DNA of 64,000 nucleotides from contig JBELLF010000001.1 of NCBI GenBank assembly GCA_042088875.1, positions 970-64,969 of the forward strand, given 5' to 3'. The notes below the pieces were generated by a model. That model was not told where the DNA came from, did no database searches, and saw nothing but the letters and a program-made list of their open reading frames with translations. How positions within the stretch are numbered: the first letter of the stretch is position 1; the number at the start of each line of letters is the position of its first letter. Shown one piece after another: positions 46,859 to 58,091 of the stretch. The DNA comes from Candidatus Marisimplicoccus framensis. Lineage in GTDB: Bacteria > Bacteroidota > Bacteroidia > Flavobacteriales > Flavobacteriaceae. Position numbers and translations under genes: made by a program.

Positions 46859-48286
46859 ATGAGCCAATCACCCTCGTCTGTATGGAATAACTGTCTAACT
46901 TTCATTAAGGATAATATTCAACCTCAAGCATACAAAACTTGGTTCGAGCCAATAATTCCTGTTAAATTATCTGAAGATGTTTTAAGCATTCAAGTTCCAA
47001 GTAAGTTTTTCTATGAGTGGCTTGAAGAACATTATATCAAGATACTTAGAATTGCACTTACTAAAGAGTTAGGTTCAAAGGCAAGACTTATGTATGTAAT
47101 TAAAATGGAAAATACTTATGGTAACAGGATGCCATTTACTGAAAATATCCCAAGCTCCTCAAGTAGTAGTATAAAAACTCAATCAATTGAATCACCCTTT
47201 AGCACTTTTGCAAGTGAATTAAAAAATCCATTTGTCATTCCTGGTATAAGAAATCTTCAAATAGAATCTCAATTAAACCCTAATTATTCATTTGAAAATT
47301 TTCTTGAAGGTGATTCTAATAGATTAGCAAGATCAGCTGGAATTGCTGTTTCTAACAAACCAGGCGGAACATCTTTTAATCCACTATTAATATATGGTGG
47401 TGTTGGACTTGGCAAGACTCATCTTGCTCATGCTATTGGTGTAGATATCAAACAGAAATATCCAGACAAAACAGTTTTATATATTTCAGCTGAGAAGTTT
47501 ACACAACAATATGTTGATTCAGTCAAAAAAAACACAAGAAATGATTTTATACATTTTTACCAGTTAATTGATATTTTGATTGTAGATGATGTTCAATTTC
47601 TATCAGGAAAATCTGGCACACAAGATGTTTTCTTCCATATATTTAATCACCTTCATCAAAATGGTAAGCAGGTAATTTTGACTTCTGACAAGGCTCCTAT
47701 TGATATGCAAGATATCGAGCAAAGACTTTTATCAAGATTTAAATGGGGCTTGTCTGCGGAGCTTCAAAATCCAAACTTCGAAACTAGAGTCTCAATACTT
47801 AAGAATAAGCTCTATAGAGATGGGGTTGAGATTCAGAATGAAGTAATAGAGTTTGTTGCAAAAAATATAAACTCAAATGTAAGAGAACTAGAAGGTGCTA
47901 TTATTTCTCTAATAGCTCAATCCTCATTTAATAAAGCAGAGATAACTGTTGATCTTGCTAAAGAGGTAATAAATAAATTTGTTAAAAATAACAGAAGAGA
48001 GGTTTCTATTGATTACATACAAAAAGTTGTCTCAGATTACTTCCAAATGGATATCCAAACACTTCAATCTAAAACTAGAAAAAGACATATTGTTCAGGCT
48101 AGACAGATTGCAATGTATTTTGCTAAAAAATTCACTAAAGCATCCCTTGCAAGTATAGGCTCACAAATTGGAAGAAGAGACCACGCAACAGTTCTTCATG
48201 CATGTAAGACAGTTGATAATCTTAGCTTTACAGATAAGCAATTTAGAAAATATGTTGAGGATCTTAATCAGAAACTATCCAACTAG
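46859..48286 (+). CDS. dnaA: Chromosomal replication initiator protein DnaA
   Basis: 475 aa. Walker A GGVGLGKTHL, Walker B IVDDVQFL and a C-terminal DNA-binding domain (GRRDHATVLHA). Confidence 0.96.
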   Translation: MSQSPSSVWNNCLTFIKDNIQPQAYKTWFEPIIPVKLSEDVLSIQVPSKFFYEWLEEHYIKILRIALTKELGSKARLMYVIKMENTYGNRMPFTENIPSSSSSSIKTQSIESPFSTFASELKNPFVIPGIRNLQIESQLNPNYSFENFLEGDSNRLARSAGIAVSNKPGGTSFNPLLIYGGVGLGKTHLAHAIGVDIKQKYPDKTVLYISAEKFTQQYVDSVKKNTRNDFIHFYQLIDILIVDDVQFLSGKSGTQDVFFHIFNHLHQNGKQVILTSDKAPIDMQDIEQRLLSRFKWGLSAELQNPNFETRVSILKNKLYRDGVEIQNEVIEFVAKNINSNVRELEGAIISLIAQSSFNKAEITVDLAKEVINKFVKNNRREVSIDYIQKVVSDYFQMDIQTLQSKTRKRHIVQARQIAMYFAKKFTKASLASIGSQIGRRDHATVLHACKTVDNLSFTDKQFRKYVEDLNQKLSN

Positions 48287-48289
48287 CTT

Positions 48290-49318
48290 TTACCTGTATA
48301 TTCCCCTGCTGTTTATCCAGCGAATATATGCCTTTTTGTTCCTGTTGTGTCCATCTATATCGCTTGCAAAAAGATGATACCCTCTATTTGACGGATCAGC
48401 AACCATGAAGAGATAATTATGATTCTCGTGATTAAGAACAGCATCGATAGCTGATATATCAGGCATTGTTATGGGTCCAGGAGGAATACCTCTAATCTTA
48501 TACGTATTAAATTCAGAATTTATTTCAAGATCACGATAAAGGACCCTTCTTATAATTGTATCATAGTTATTATAGTATTTCTTTAAAGAATAGATAACGG
48601 TTGGATCAGCTTGAAGTCTCATCCTTTTTTTAATTCTATTAATGTATAAACCAGCAACTCTTGGACGCTCATCATTTCTTCTACTTTCAATTTGGACTAT
48701 TGACGCAAGTGAAATAACTTCTAATTTTGTAAGACCTAGTTTTGCCGCCTTTTCAGATCTATCTTTATTCCAAAACTTATTATATTCAACTAACATTCTA
48801 TCTCTAAAATCTTCAGGAGAAGTATTCCAATAAATATTATAAGAGTTTGGAATAAAAATTGAATGAACATTTTGCTCATTTAGATTATTGTCTTTAAGAA
48901 ATTTTTTATCTCTAAATGCTAATAATAAAGATGTACTATCCGCATATATTTGTTTTGAAACTCTTCCTGCTAAATTCTCAACTCTTTCTTGATTGTTAAA
49001 TGTAACATTTACGGGAGTATTATTAAATTTCAAGGAATTAACAATATCGTTGTTTCCAATGTCTTTGGCTATCTTAAATCTTCCGGTTTTTTTATTCTTA
49101 AGGTATTCAAGTCTTTCCGCAACTTGATAAAAAGTTTTTTCAGATTTGATGTATTTTGATATTGAATCCTTAAAAGCTAGACTATCATCCTCCATTACAT
49201 ACAGAAATATAGTTTCATCTTCGAATGATGTGTTAGGTTTATAATATTTATTGTAGTAATCAATAACAAATATTATCGACAAAATTGAAATCGGTATTAA
49301 AATTTTTAAATACTTCAT
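48290..49318 (-). CDS. mltG: Endolytic murein transglycosylase MltG (YceG-like)
   Basis: 342 aa. N-terminal TM anchor and the YceG catalytic-region block LASIVQIES. Confidence 0.88.
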   Translation of the reverse strand: MKYLKILIPISILSIIFVIDYYNKYYKPNTSFEDETIFLYVMEDDSLAFKDSISKYIKSEKTFYQVAERLEYLKNKKTGRFKIAKDIGNNDIVNSLKFNNTPVNVTFNNQERVENLAGRVSKQIYADSTSLLLAFRDKKFLKDNNLNEQNVHSIFIPNSYNIYWNTSPEDFRDRMLVEYNKFWNKDRSEKAAKLGLTKLEVISLASIVQIESRRNDERPRVAGLYINRIKKRMRLQADPTVIYSLKKYYNNYDTIIRRVLYRDLEINSEFNTYKIRGIPPGPITMPDISAIDAVLNHENHNYLFMVADPSNRGYHLFASDIDGHNRNKKAYIRWINSRGIYR

Positions 49319-49836
49319 TTATTTAAAATTTTTTGGAATAAAAGCTCATCATTAAATTTATTATTATAAAAAACCCAATCTTTTTTTAAACCAACTTCAT
49401 CATAACCATTTTTTTTGAATAATGAAATGCTTTCAACATTATTTGATGAAATATTAGCATAAAGTTGATGCATCGGTACATGCTTTGAAACATGTTCTTC
49501 AATTAATTTTAAAGACATAGAACCTATGCCTTTAGATCTAAACTTTTCAAATATAATAATTCCAACTCCAGCTCTTCTGCTAATTTGGTCATAATCGAAA
49601 AGATCTATGAAACCATAAGAATCAGATTCGTCAAAAATAACAAGTCTAACCTGTTTGTGCTCGATTATATCAAGATGAGAATTTTCAATAAATTTTTTTA
49701 ACGTATGTTTAGAAAAGGGTGAAGAGGTATTTGAGTATACCCACAAGGATTTGTCATTTTCTGTATCATACATCATTTCAAGATCAGAAGGTTCTAGAGC
49801 TCTAAGTCTAATTTTCATTTTGTTGTAGTTAAACAA
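49315..49836 (-). CDS. GNAT family N-acetyltransferase (RimJ/RimL-like)
   Basis: 173 aa. Acetyl-CoA block FRSKGIGSMSL. Overlaps mltG by 4 nt. Confidence 0.8.
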   Translation of the reverse strand: MFNYNKMKIRLRALEPSDLEMMYDTENDKSLWVYSNTSSPFSKHTLKKFIENSHLDIIEHKQVRLVIFDESDSYGFIDLFDYDQISRRAGVGIIIFEKFRSKGIGSMSLKLIEEHVSKHVPMHQLYANISSNNVESISLFKKNGYDEVGLKKDWVFYNNKFNDELLFQKILNK

Positions 49837-49890
49837 TAGTTAAAATATAATTATTAAAATTTTAATATGTTATTTTTATGAAAAAATAAA

Positions 49891-51027
49891 ATGAAATTGT
49901 ATTCAAAAATTCTAGTAATATCTTTAATATCCTCTCTATTAGTTTTTACTCTAATTAACAGAATTGATAATAAATTTGATTCTAAATTAACTTCAGAATT
50001 AGTTAACAACGAATTTTCAGGGCTATCAATTCCTGCAAATTTTAATCAAAATAAACACACCACTTCTTCATTACCAAATTTAACTTTTGCTGCAAGTAAA
50101 TCAATTGATGCAGTTGTTCATGTCAAAAATACAAGTATTGTAAAGGATAGCGATTCATGGGCTTTACAATTTTTTTATGGTGATGATTCAAGAAAAAAAG
50201 TTGGAACAGGATCTGGTGTAATTATTTCTCCTGATGGATACATTACTACAAATTATCATGTTATCGAAAACTCTACAGAAGTTATTGTTACAACAAATGA
50301 TAACAGAGAATATGAGGCAGAAATAATAGGATTTGATGAAGTTACAGATATTGCAGTTTTAAAAATAGATACAGATTCAGATCTAGATTATATTTTCTTT
50401 GGTGATTCAGATTCAACACTTATTGGAGAGTGGGTTTTAGCAGTTGGTAATCCGTATAATCTAAATTCTACTGTTACTGCCGGTATTATAAGTTCAAAAT
50501 CCAGAGACTTGAATGAATTTGACCAAAAGAACCAGTCATTTATCCAAACAGATGCTGCTGTTAACTTTGGAAATAGTGGAGGTGCACTAGTAAATATTCA
50601 AGGTGAACTAATTGGAATAAACACTCTTATTCAATCAATGACAGGTGGATATGTTGGCTATTCATTTGCAGTTCCAAGCAATACAGTTAGAAAGATATTT
50701 GAAGATATTTTAGAGTACGGAGATGTTCAAAAGGGTCTACTTGGTGTTAGAGGAGTTGCACTAAGATCTTCTTATTCCAAACAACTTAATTTAGAAGAAA
50801 CAGAAGGGTTTTATATTGATGTTATTGAGCCTGGATTTGGAGCTGATATCTCTGGACTTCAAAAAGGTGATATAATTAAATCGATAGATGATGTTAAAAT
50901 TAATAGGTTTTCTGATTTATCAGGCTACTTGTCATCAAAAAGACCTGGAGATAAAGTAAAAGTTAAGTATATAAGAGATAAAGAGCTTATTACTGCTTCT
51001 GTAACTCTTAAGAAAAGTTCTAACTAA
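49891..51027 (+). CDS. HtrA/DegP-like serine protease with one PDZ domain
   Basis: 378 aa. N-terminal anchor, catalytic contexts TNYHVIEN, TDIAVLKI and GNSGGALVN, and a PDZ-like C-terminus. Confidence 0.85.
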   Translation: MKLYSKILVISLISSLLVFTLINRIDNKFDSKLTSELVNNEFSGLSIPANFNQNKHTTSSLPNLTFAASKSIDAVVHVKNTSIVKDSDSWALQFFYGDDSRKKVGTGSGVIISPDGYITTNYHVIENSTEVIVTTNDNREYEAEIIGFDEVTDIAVLKIDTDSDLDYIFFGDSDSTLIGEWVLAVGNPYNLNSTVTAGIISSKSRDLNEFDQKNQSFIQTDAAVNFGNSGGALVNIQGELIGINTLIQSMTGGYVGYSFAVPSNTVRKIFEDILEYGDVQKGLLGVRGVALRSSYSKQLNLEETEGFYIDVIEPGFGADISGLQKGDIIKSIDDVKINRFSDLSGYLSSKRPGDKVKVKYIRDKELITASVTLKKSSN

Positions 51028-51704
51028 TGAGAATAGATGTACTCACTCTATTCCCTGATGTATTTGATAATTTAAACTCTTTTTCCATTATTAAAAAAGC
51101 TATTGACTCTAAAAAAGTAGAAGTCAATACTCATAACCTAAGAGATTATGCTTACAACTCAAGAAAAGTTGATGATTATCCTTATGGAGGTTTTCCTGGA
51201 ATGGTTATAAAAATTGAACCAATCGATAATTGCATAGAGTCTTTAAAGAAGAAAAACAACTATGATGAAATAATCTATTTAACTCCAGATGGAGAGTTAT
51301 TAGATCAAAAAAAATCAAATTATCTATCAACTTTGAAAAATATTATAGTTATATGTGGACATTATAAAGGAATTGATCATAGGGTTAGAGAACATATTGT
51401 AACTAAGGAGATATCCATTGGAAATTATGTTGTTTCAGGAGGTGAACTTCCTGCTGCAGTTCTTTGTGACTCTATTATTAGACTTCGACCTGGTATCATA
51501 GGTGATGAATCTTCTGCACTTTCAGATACTTTTCAAGATAATTTATTAGCAGCACCTATTTATACTAGACCTGAAGTTTATAAAGGTTTTGAAGTACCTA
51601 AAGTTCTTTTATCAGGAAATCAAAGTGAAATACAAAAATGGAACGATAAGAAATCTTTGGAAAGAACAAAATTACTTAGGCCAAATCTTTTTGATAATGA
51701 ATAA
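51027..51704 (+). CDS. trmD: tRNA (guanine37-N1)-methyltransferase
   Basis: 225 aa. MRIDVLTLFPD N-terminus and the GGELPA block. Its ATG overlaps the preceding stop by 1 nt. Confidence 0.93.
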   Translation: MRIDVLTLFPDVFDNLNSFSIIKKAIDSKKVEVNTHNLRDYAYNSRKVDDYPYGGFPGMVIKIEPIDNCIESLKKKNNYDEIIYLTPDGELLDQKKSNYLSTLKNIIVICGHYKGIDHRVREHIVTKEISIGNYVVSGGELPAAVLCDSIIRLRPGIIGDESSALSDTFQDNLLAAPIYTRPEVYKGFEVPKVLLSGNQSEIQKWNDKKSLERTKLLRPNLFDNE

Positions 51705-51711
51705 AAAGGTT

Positions 51712-51719
51712 TATTTTTG
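51712..51719 (+). promoter_or_regulatory. -7 box (TATTTTTG) for rplS
   Basis: Exact TAnnTTTG, 41 nt upstream of ATG 51761. Confidence 0.45.
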
Positions 51720-51760
51720 CTCGGGTTTGATTTAATTCAAATCATAAATAAATTATTTCA

Positions 51761-52105
51761 ATGGATACTGTAGTAAATTTAGTTCAAGAAAAGCTTATCA
51801 CTAAAAATGATTTTCCATCATTTTCTTCTGGTGATACTATCACCGTATTTTATGAAATTAGAGAAGGTGATAAAGTAAGAACCCAGTCTTTCAAAGGTGT
51901 AGTAATTCAAATTAAAGGTAGAGGTCAATCAAAAACTTTTACAATAAGAAAGATGTCTGGTACAGTCGGTGTTGAGAGAATTTTTCCAATTAACATGCCT
52001 GCTTTAAAGAAAATTGAGGTTAATAAAAAAGGTAAAGTTAGACAATCAAGAATTTATTACTTCAGAGATTTAAGAGGAAAAAAAGCTAGGATTAAAGAAG
52101 TATAA
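51761..52105 (+). CDS. rplS: 50S ribosomal protein L19
   Basis: 114 aa. Follows trmD in the conserved trmD-rplS order. Confidence 0.95.
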   Translation: MDTVVNLVQEKLITKNDFPSFSSGDTITVFYEIREGDKVRTQSFKGVVIQIKGRGQSKTFTIRKMSGTVGVERIFPINMPALKKIEVNKKGKVRQSRIYYFRDLRGKKARIKEV

Positions 52106-52110
52106 ATCTT

Positions 52111-53340
52111 ATGTCAAAAATTAAAGTAGCCAATCCCATAGTCGAGATAGATGGAGATGAAATGGCTAGAATCATCTGGAAATTCATTAAAGAAAAACTT
52201 ATTCTAGACTATCTTGATCTTGATATAGTATATTATGATCTAGGAATTGAGTCAAGGGATAAAACTGATGACCAAATTACAATTGATGCTGCTAATGCTA
52301 TTAAAAAGTATAATGTTGGCATAAAATGTGCTACAATAACACCAGATGAGCAAAGGGTTGAAGAGTTTTCTCTATCAAGAATGTATAAATCTCCAAATGG
52401 AACAATTAGAAACATTGTTGGAGGTACTGTTTTTAGAGAGCCTATTATATGTAGATCCATCCCAAGATATGTACAAGGTTGGTCAAGACCAATATGTATA
52501 GGTAGGCATGCGTTTGGTGACCAATATAGAGCCACTGATGTAATTACTCATGGACCTGGAAAACTTGAAATGAAATTTACTCCTAAAGATGGTGGAGAAT
52601 CAACAACATGGGAAGTATATAATTTTGAAGAGGATGGAATTGCAATGTCAATGTATAATATTGATTCATCAATTTATGGATTTGCAAGATCATGTATGAA
52701 TATGGCACTTACCAAGAGATGGCCTCTATACCTATCTACAAAAAACACCATACTTAAAGCTTATGATGGTAGATTTAAAGATATTTTTCAGGAGGTATAC
52801 GATAACGAATTTAAAGATAGATTTAAGAAGGAAAATATAACTTATGAGCACAGACTAATTGATGATATGGTAGCTGCTGCTATTAAATGGAAAGGAGGGT
52901 TTGTGTGGGCTTGTAAGAATTATGATGGTGATGTCCAATCAGATGTAGTTGCTCAAGGTTTTGGATCACTTGGTTTAATGACTTCTACATTAGTAACACC
53001 TGACGGTAAAACACTTGAAGCAGAAGCTGCTCATGGAACAGTAACTAGACACTTTAGAAGACATCAGAAAGGTGAACAAACATCGACAAATCCAATAGCT
53101 TCAATATTTGCTTGGACAAGAGGTTTAATTCATAGAGGCAAACTTGATAATAATGAGAAACTTATTAATTTCTGCAAAACATTAGAGGAGGTCTGTATTG
53201 AAACAATTGAAGATGGAAAAATGACCAAAGATTTAGCTTTATTAGTTTTTAGAGATGATCTGGTCGACTCTAATTTTCTTACTACACAAGAATTCTTAGA
53301 CGAATTAAAAAGTAATCTGAATAAAAAATTAGCTATTTAA
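52111..53340 (+). CDS. icd: NADP-dependent isocitrate dehydrogenase, homodimeric eukaryote-like subfamily
   Basis: 409 aa. N-terminus [21 protein letters not shown] closely resembles IDH1/IDH2-type enzymes. Confidence 0.92.
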   Translation: MSKIKVANPIVEIDGDEMARIIWKFIKEKLILDYLDLDIVYYDLGIESRDKTDDQITIDAANAIKKYNVGIKCATITPDEQRVEEFSLSRMYKSPNGTIRNIVGGTVFREPIICRSIPRYVQGWSRPICIGRHAFGDQYRATDVITHGPGKLEMKFTPKDGGESTTWEVYNFEEDGIAMSMYNIDSSIYGFARSCMNMALTKRWPLYLSTKNTILKAYDGRFKDIFQEVYDNEFKDRFKKENITYEHRLIDDMVAAAIKWKGGFVWACKNYDGDVQSDVVAQGFGSLGLMTSTLVTPDGKTLEAEAAHGTVTRHFRRHQKGEQTSTNPIASIFAWTRGLIHRGKLDNNEKLINFCKTLEEVCIETIEDGKMTKDLALLVFRDDLVDSNFLTTQEFLDELKSNLNKKLAI

Positions 53341-53342
53341 TA

Positions 53343-54158
53343 ATGAAATTTATTAAAGTAACTGAACAAGAATCAAATCATAAAGATTTAGAAAAAAAAT
53401 CTGTAATTGAACTTGTAAATGCAATGCATGAAGAAGATAATAATGCATTAAAAGCAGTTAATAAAGTTTTACCAAAAATTTCTGAACTTATTGAGGCCAT
53501 TGCACCAAAGATTGAAAAAGGAGGTAGATTATTTTACATTGGAGCTGGAACTAGTGGCAGATTAGGTGTTTTAGATGCTTCAGAGTGTCCCCCAACATTT
53601 GGGACTCCTCCAGAAAAAGTTGTTGGACTAGTAGCTGGTGGAATTCCTGCCTTATATAGTTCAATCGAGATCGCTGAAGATGACATGAGCCAAGCATGGA
53701 AAGATTTATCTGAACATAAAGTTAATTCTGATGATTTTGTTATTGGAATTACAGCATCAGGAACTACTCCTTATGTTGTAGGTGGTCTTAAGGATTGTCA
53801 AGAAAAAAATATTTCTACTGCATGTATTGTATGCAATGAAAACTCTCATTTATCTGAATATGCAGATTATAAAATTGAAGTTATAGTTGGTCCAGAGTTT
53901 TTAACTGGAAGCTCTAGATTGAAAGCTGGAACTGCACAAAAATTAATATTGAATATGATATCCACTATTTCAATGATTTTAGATGGTCACGTTAGAGGAA
54001 ATAAAATGATTGACATGCAGATGTCTAACGCAAAGCTTAATAAGCGTGCTAGAAGAATTCTTGTGGAAGAATTAAGTGTGGATGAAGGTAAAGCTGATGA
54101 ACTAATTTTGAAACACAAAAGTATTCGTTTAGCAATAGATAACTTTAATAATGAATAA
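53343..54158 (+). CDS. murQ: N-acetylmuramic acid 6-phosphate etherase
   Basis: 271 aa. SIS domain with the GAGTSGRLG block. Confidence 0.88.
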   Translation: MKFIKVTEQESNHKDLEKKSVIELVNAMHEEDNNALKAVNKVLPKISELIEAIAPKIEKGGRLFYIGAGTSGRLGVLDASECPPTFGTPPEKVVGLVAGGIPALYSSIEIAEDDMSQAWKDLSEHKVNSDDFVIGITASGTTPYVVGGLKDCQEKNISTACIVCNENSHLSEYADYKIEVIVGPEFLTGSSRLKAGTAQKLILNMISTISMILDGHVRGNKMIDMQMSNAKLNKRARRILVEELSVDEGKADELILKHKSIRLAIDNFNNE

Positions 54159-54378
54159 ATTCCTAAAAAAAGGCTTTATTCAAGTTTTTACAGGTATTTC
54201 GCTTTGCTTTATTGGGCCTGTACTAGTTTCTCAAGCATTTAATAATCAAGATCACCCCCTTTTTATTGTTGTCCTTATAACTGGTGTCATTCTTCTTGTT
54301 TTAGCTATTTATTTCGGGTACAGAGGAATAAGTAATATATTAAATGGAACTTTAGGGCCAAAGAATAAATTAAATTGA
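54151..54378 (+). CDS. Small two-helix membrane protein
   Basis: 75 aa. Its ATG overlaps the murQ stop (8-nt overlap). Two clear hydrophobic helices. No family recognised. Confidence 0.5.
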   Translation: MNKFLKKGFIQVFTGISLCFIGPVLVSQAFNNQDHPLFIVVLITGVILLVLAIYFGYRGISNILNGTLGPKNKLN

Positions 54379-54380
54379 AT

Positions 54381-54388
54381 TATTTTTG
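54381..54388 (+). promoter_or_regulatory. -7 box (TATTTTTG) for thrS-infC-rpmI-rplT
   Basis: Exact TAnnTTTG, 17 nt upstream of ATG 54406. Confidence 0.5.
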
Positions 54389-54405
54389 AAAGTTGATACT
54401 ATACT

Positions 54406-56355
54406 ATGATTAATGTTAGTTTTCCAGATAAATCAGTAAAAAAGTTTGAAAAAGGAACTAAAGTTATTGATATAGCTAAAAGCATAAGTGAAGGATTAGC
54501 TAGAAAAGTTATATCTGCATCATATAATAATGAAATAGTTGAAACAGAATCACCAATTAACCAGGATGGTTTAATCAAATTTTTCACATGGGATGATAAT
54601 GAAGGCAAACAAGCCTTTTGGCATTCGTCTGCACATATTCTGGCTCAAACAATCAAATCTTTTTATCCTAAGTCTAAGCTTACCATAGGTCCTTCGATTG
54701 AAAATGGATTCTATTATGATGTTGATTTTGGAGATGATGTTTTTTCTGAAAAAGATTTTGGAAGAATAGAATCAAAATTTTTAGAGCTAGCAAGAGAAGA
54801 TAATAGTTTTATCATGAAATCTGTATCAAAAAAAGATGCTTTAGATTTCTATAAGTTAGAGAATAATGAATATAAAGTTGAATTAATTGAGAGTCTTGAA
54901 GATGGATCAATAACATTTTGTGATCATTCGAATTTCTCAGATTTATGTAGAGGGGGACACATTCCTTCAACTGGAATAGTTAAAGCAGTTAAACTTCTTA
55001 ATGTTGCTGGAGCTTACTGGAGAGGGGATGAAAAAAATAATCAATTGACAAGAGTTTATGGAATATCTTTCCCAAAACAAAAGCTTCTAACTGAGTATCT
55101 TGAACTTGTCGAGAAGGCTAAAGAAAGAGATCACAGGAAATTAGGCAAGGAACTAGAGCTGTTCACCTTTTCAAAAAAAGTTGGTCAAGGTTTACCTCTT
55201 TGGCTTCCTAAAGGTACAGAATTAAGAGATAGACTTCAAAGCTTCCTTGAAGATGCTCAAAGAAGAGCTGGATATAAAAAGGTAATGTCACCTCATATAG
55301 GCTCAAAGGAATTATATATTACTTCAGGGCATTATGAAAAGTATGGTGAAGACAGTTTTCAACCTATACTTACTCCTAATGATAGTGAAATATTTATGCT
55401 TAGACCAATGAATTGCCCACATCATTGTGAAATATTTAATTCTAAACCACTAAGTTACAGAGATTTACCATATAGGATGGCAGAATTTGGAACAGTATAC
55501 AGGTATGAACAAAGTGGAGAGTTACATGGATTAAGCAGAGTAAGAGGATTTACTGTTGATGATGCCCATATTTTTTGTACTACTGAACAGGTTGATTCAG
55601 AATTTAAAAACACTATTGATTTGGTTTTGTATGTATTTAGATCTTTAGGATTCTCTGATTTTTATGCTCAAGTTTCATTAAGAGATCCCAATAATCCTGA
55701 CAAATATATAGGATCAGATGAAAACTGGGAAATTGCTCAACAAGCAATTTTAAATTCAGCAAAAGAAAAGGATTTAAATTATAAAGTTGAATATGGAGAA
55801 GCAGCTTTTTATGGACCTAAGCTTGATTTTATGGTTAAAGATGCACTAGGAAGAAGTTGGCAATTAGGTACTATACAGGTAGACTACAACCTACCTGAAA
55901 GATTCGATCTTACATATAAAGGAAAAAATAATGAAGACCTAAGACCCGTTATGCTTCATAGAGCACCATTTGGTAGTATGGAAAGATTTGTTGCGATTCT
56001 TTTGGAACATACAGGTGGATTGTTCCCTCTATGGCTTGCATCAACACAGGTTATTATTTTAATTGTCAGTGAAAACTTTAAAAATTATGGTGAAAAAGTT
56101 TTAAATATCTTAGAAAATCACGAAATTCGCGCGCACTTAGATGATAGAAACGAGACTGTTGGAAAGAAAATTAGAGAATCTGAGATAAACAAGGTTCCTT
56201 TTATGATCGTAATTGGGGAAAATGAAGTGAAGAGTCAGACAATTTCTGTAAGACGACATCATGCAGAAGATCTAGGTAAAATGAGAATTGAAAAATTTGT
56301 AGATATAATTAAGAAAGAGATTTCAGAATGTATCCCTAAATTTAACATTAACTAA
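54406..56355 (+). CDS. thrS: Threonine--tRNA ligase
   Basis: 649 aa. TGS N-domain, editing domain, class II core ([11 protein letters not shown]) and an anticodon-binding C-terminus. Confidence 0.96.
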   Translation: MINVSFPDKSVKKFEKGTKVIDIAKSISEGLARKVISASYNNEIVETESPINQDGLIKFFTWDDNEGKQAFWHSSAHILAQTIKSFYPKSKLTIGPSIENGFYYDVDFGDDVFSEKDFGRIESKFLELAREDNSFIMKSVSKKDALDFYKLENNEYKVELIESLEDGSITFCDHSNFSDLCRGGHIPSTGIVKAVKLLNVAGAYWRGDEKNNQLTRVYGISFPKQKLLTEYLELVEKAKERDHRKLGKELELFTFSKKVGQGLPLWLPKGTELRDRLQSFLEDAQRRAGYKKVMSPHIGSKELYITSGHYEKYGEDSFQPILTPNDSEIFMLRPMNCPHHCEIFNSKPLSYRDLPYRMAEFGTVYRYEQSGELHGLSRVRGFTVDDAHIFCTTEQVDSEFKNTIDLVLYVFRSLGFSDFYAQVSLRDPNNPDKYIGSDENWEIAQQAILNSAKEKDLNYKVEYGEAAFYGPKLDFMVKDALGRSWQLGTIQVDYNLPERFDLTYKGKNNEDLRPVMLHRAPFGSMERFVAILLEHTGGLFPLWLASTQVIILIVSENFKNYGEKVLNILENHEIRAHLDDRNETVGKKIRESEINKVPFMIVIGENEVKSQTISVRRHHAEDLGKMRIEKFVDIIKKEISECIPKFNIN

Positions 56356-56366
56356 AAATAATTATT

Positions 56367-56924
56367 ATAGCTATAAGAAGAAGAAAACCAAATAGGAGAT
56401 TCCAAAGAGTAATTAAAGAAGATCCTCATAAAATCAATACAAAGATCACAGCATATGAAGTTAGATTAGTTGGTGACAATGTAGATGTAGGTGTATATTC
56501 TACAAATGAGGCGTTAAGAATTGCTAGGGATTTAGAACTAGATTTAGTAGAGATTTCTCCAAAAGCTTCTCCACCTGTATGTAAAATACTTGAATATAAG
56601 AAATTCTTATATGAGCAAAAAAAGAGAGATAAAGCACTTAAATCAAAGGCAACTAAAATTGTTGTAAAAGAAATAAGATTTGGACCTCAAACAGATGAAC
56701 ATGATTATCAGTTTAAAAAGAAGCATGCAGAGAAATTTTTAAATGAAGGTGCAAAGTTGAAAGCATTTGTTTTTTTTAAAGGACGATCAATTATTTTTAA
56801 GGAACAAGGTCAAATTTTGTTATTAAGATTAGCTCAAGACCTGGAAGAAATTGGAAAAGTCGAACAGATGCCAGAGTTAGAAGGAAAGAGGATGATAATG
56901 TATATAACACCAAAAAAGAATTAA
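56367..56924 (+). CDS. infC: Translation initiation factor IF-3 (non-ATG start; exact start codon uncertain among ATA 56358, ATT 56361/56364, ATA 56367)
   Basis: Absent from the ORF track because the frame has no ATG/GTG/TTG near its 5' end. The frame is open from 56352. My hand translation is (M)[85 protein letters not shown]...[16 protein letters not shown], with stop TAA at 56922-56924. Typical IF-3 text, located between thrS and rpmI. Confidence 0.88.
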   Translation: MAIRRRKPNRRFQRVIKEDPHKINTKITAYEVRLVGDNVDVGVYSTNEALRIARDLELDLVEISPKASPPVCKILEYKKFLYEQKKRDKALKSKATKIVVKEIRFGPQTDEHDYQFKKKHAEKFLNEGAKLKAFVFFKGRSIIFKEQGQILLLRLAQDLEEIGKVEQMPELEGKRMIMYITPKKN

Positions 56925-56936
56925 AAAAGAGGAACT

Positions 56937-57134
56937 ATGCCTAAAATGAAAACAAAATCCAGTGCTAAGAAAAGGTTTAAAGTAACTGGATCAGGAAAAA
57001 TTAAAAGGAAACACGCTTTTAAAAATCATATTTTGACAAAAAAGTCAAAAAAAAGAAAACTAAGGCTTACTCATTTTGGCCTAGTTCATGAAAGTGATGA
57101 AAATAATATTAAAAGACAGTTAAGATTAAAATAA
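56937..57134 (+). CDS. rpmI: 50S ribosomal protein L35
   Basis: 65 aa. [16 protein letters not shown]-terminus. Confidence 0.95.
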   Translation: MPKMKTKSSAKKRFKVTGSGKIKRKHAFKNHILTKKSKKRKLRLTHFGLVHESDENNIKRQLRLK

Positions 57135-57140
57135 TTAGCA

Positions 57141-57485
57141 ATGCCAAGATCAGTAAATTCAGTAGCTTCAAGAGCTAGAAGAAAAAAAATACTAAAACAA
57201 GCCAAAGGATACTTTGGTAGAAGAAAAAATGTTTGGACAGTTGCAAAGAATGCTGTTGAAAAAGCATTATTATACGCATATAGAGATAGAAAGACTAAGA
57301 AAAGAAATTTTAAATCTTTATGGATTATGAGAATTAATGCAGCTGCTCATCAACATGGACTTACATACAGTGAATTTATGTTTAAACTCAAGACTAATAA
57401 TATTTCTCTAAATAGAAAAGTTTTAGCTGATTTAGCCATGAATAATCCAAATGCTTTTGAAGCAATTGTTAAATCTTTTAAATAA
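57141..57485 (+). CDS. rplT: 50S ribosomal protein L20
   Basis: 114 aa. [27 protein letters not shown]-terminus. Confidence 0.95.
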   Translation: MPRSVNSVASRARRKKILKQAKGYFGRRKNVWTVAKNAVEKALLYAYRDRKTKKRNFKSLWIMRINAAAHQHGLTYSEFMFKLKTNNISLNRKVLADLAMNNPNAFEAIVKSFK

Positions 57486-57545
57486 TATCTACAACTCCTC
57501 CCTCAACTTTTTATTTTTTTCTAGGTCTAAGGTTAAAAATATAGA

Positions 57546-58091
57546 TTGAAAGAAGGTGAATTACTAAAATTATTAAAAAATCCTGCTTCAAAAAATAAAG
57601 GATTTAAACTTCTTATAGATTTATATCAAGAAAAAACATATTGGATGATTAGAAAAATGGTCTTATCTCATGACTCAGCTAATGATGTATTACAAGATAC
57701 ATACATAAGAATTTTTAAAGGAATTGATAATTTTAAAGAAGAAAGTAAACTAAGTACTTGGATATATAGAATTGCTTTTAATGAGTCAATCCGTTTTTTG
57801 AACAAAGAATCTAAATTTAAAAAAATTGACATAGATACAAAAGATTATAACTATTCAAAAAAATTATTTGCAGATTCGTTTTTTGATGGGGAAAATCTGT
57901 CATTAAAATTTCATCAAATATTATCGGAGCTCTCTATTAGACAGAGAAGTATTTTTAATATGAAATATTTTGATGAACTTAAATTTGAAGAGATTTCAAA
58001 AATAAAAAATATTAATATTAGTACTGTTAAATCAGTTTACTATTCAGTTGAAAAAAAAATTAAAAAAGAAATAGATGAATCAACATTATAA
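57546..58091 (+). CDS. ECF-type RNA polymerase sigma-70 family factor
   Basis: 181 aa. Region 2 text (DVLQDTYIRIF...STWIYRIAFNESIRFL) and region 4 HTH (FEEISKIKNINISTVKS). Its TTG start is the first possible start after an in-frame stop, and an internal ATG would truncate region 2. Confidence 0.85.
   Translation: MKEGELLKLLKNPASKNKGFKLLIDLYQEKTYWMIRKMVLSHDSANDVLQDTYIRIFKGIDNFKEESKLSTWIYRIAFNESIRFLNKESKFKKIDIDTKDYNYSKKLFADSFFDGENLSLKFHQILSELSIRQRSIFNMKYFDELKFEEISKIKNINISTVKSVYYSVEKKIKKEIDESTL

Noticed and set aside
48313-48321. TTATCCAGC, a 7-of-9 match to the DnaA box TTATCCACA just downstream of dnaA.
   Set aside because: It is a single isolated near-match inside the mltG coding region. 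No cluster is present, and at this stringency such matches are expected by chance.
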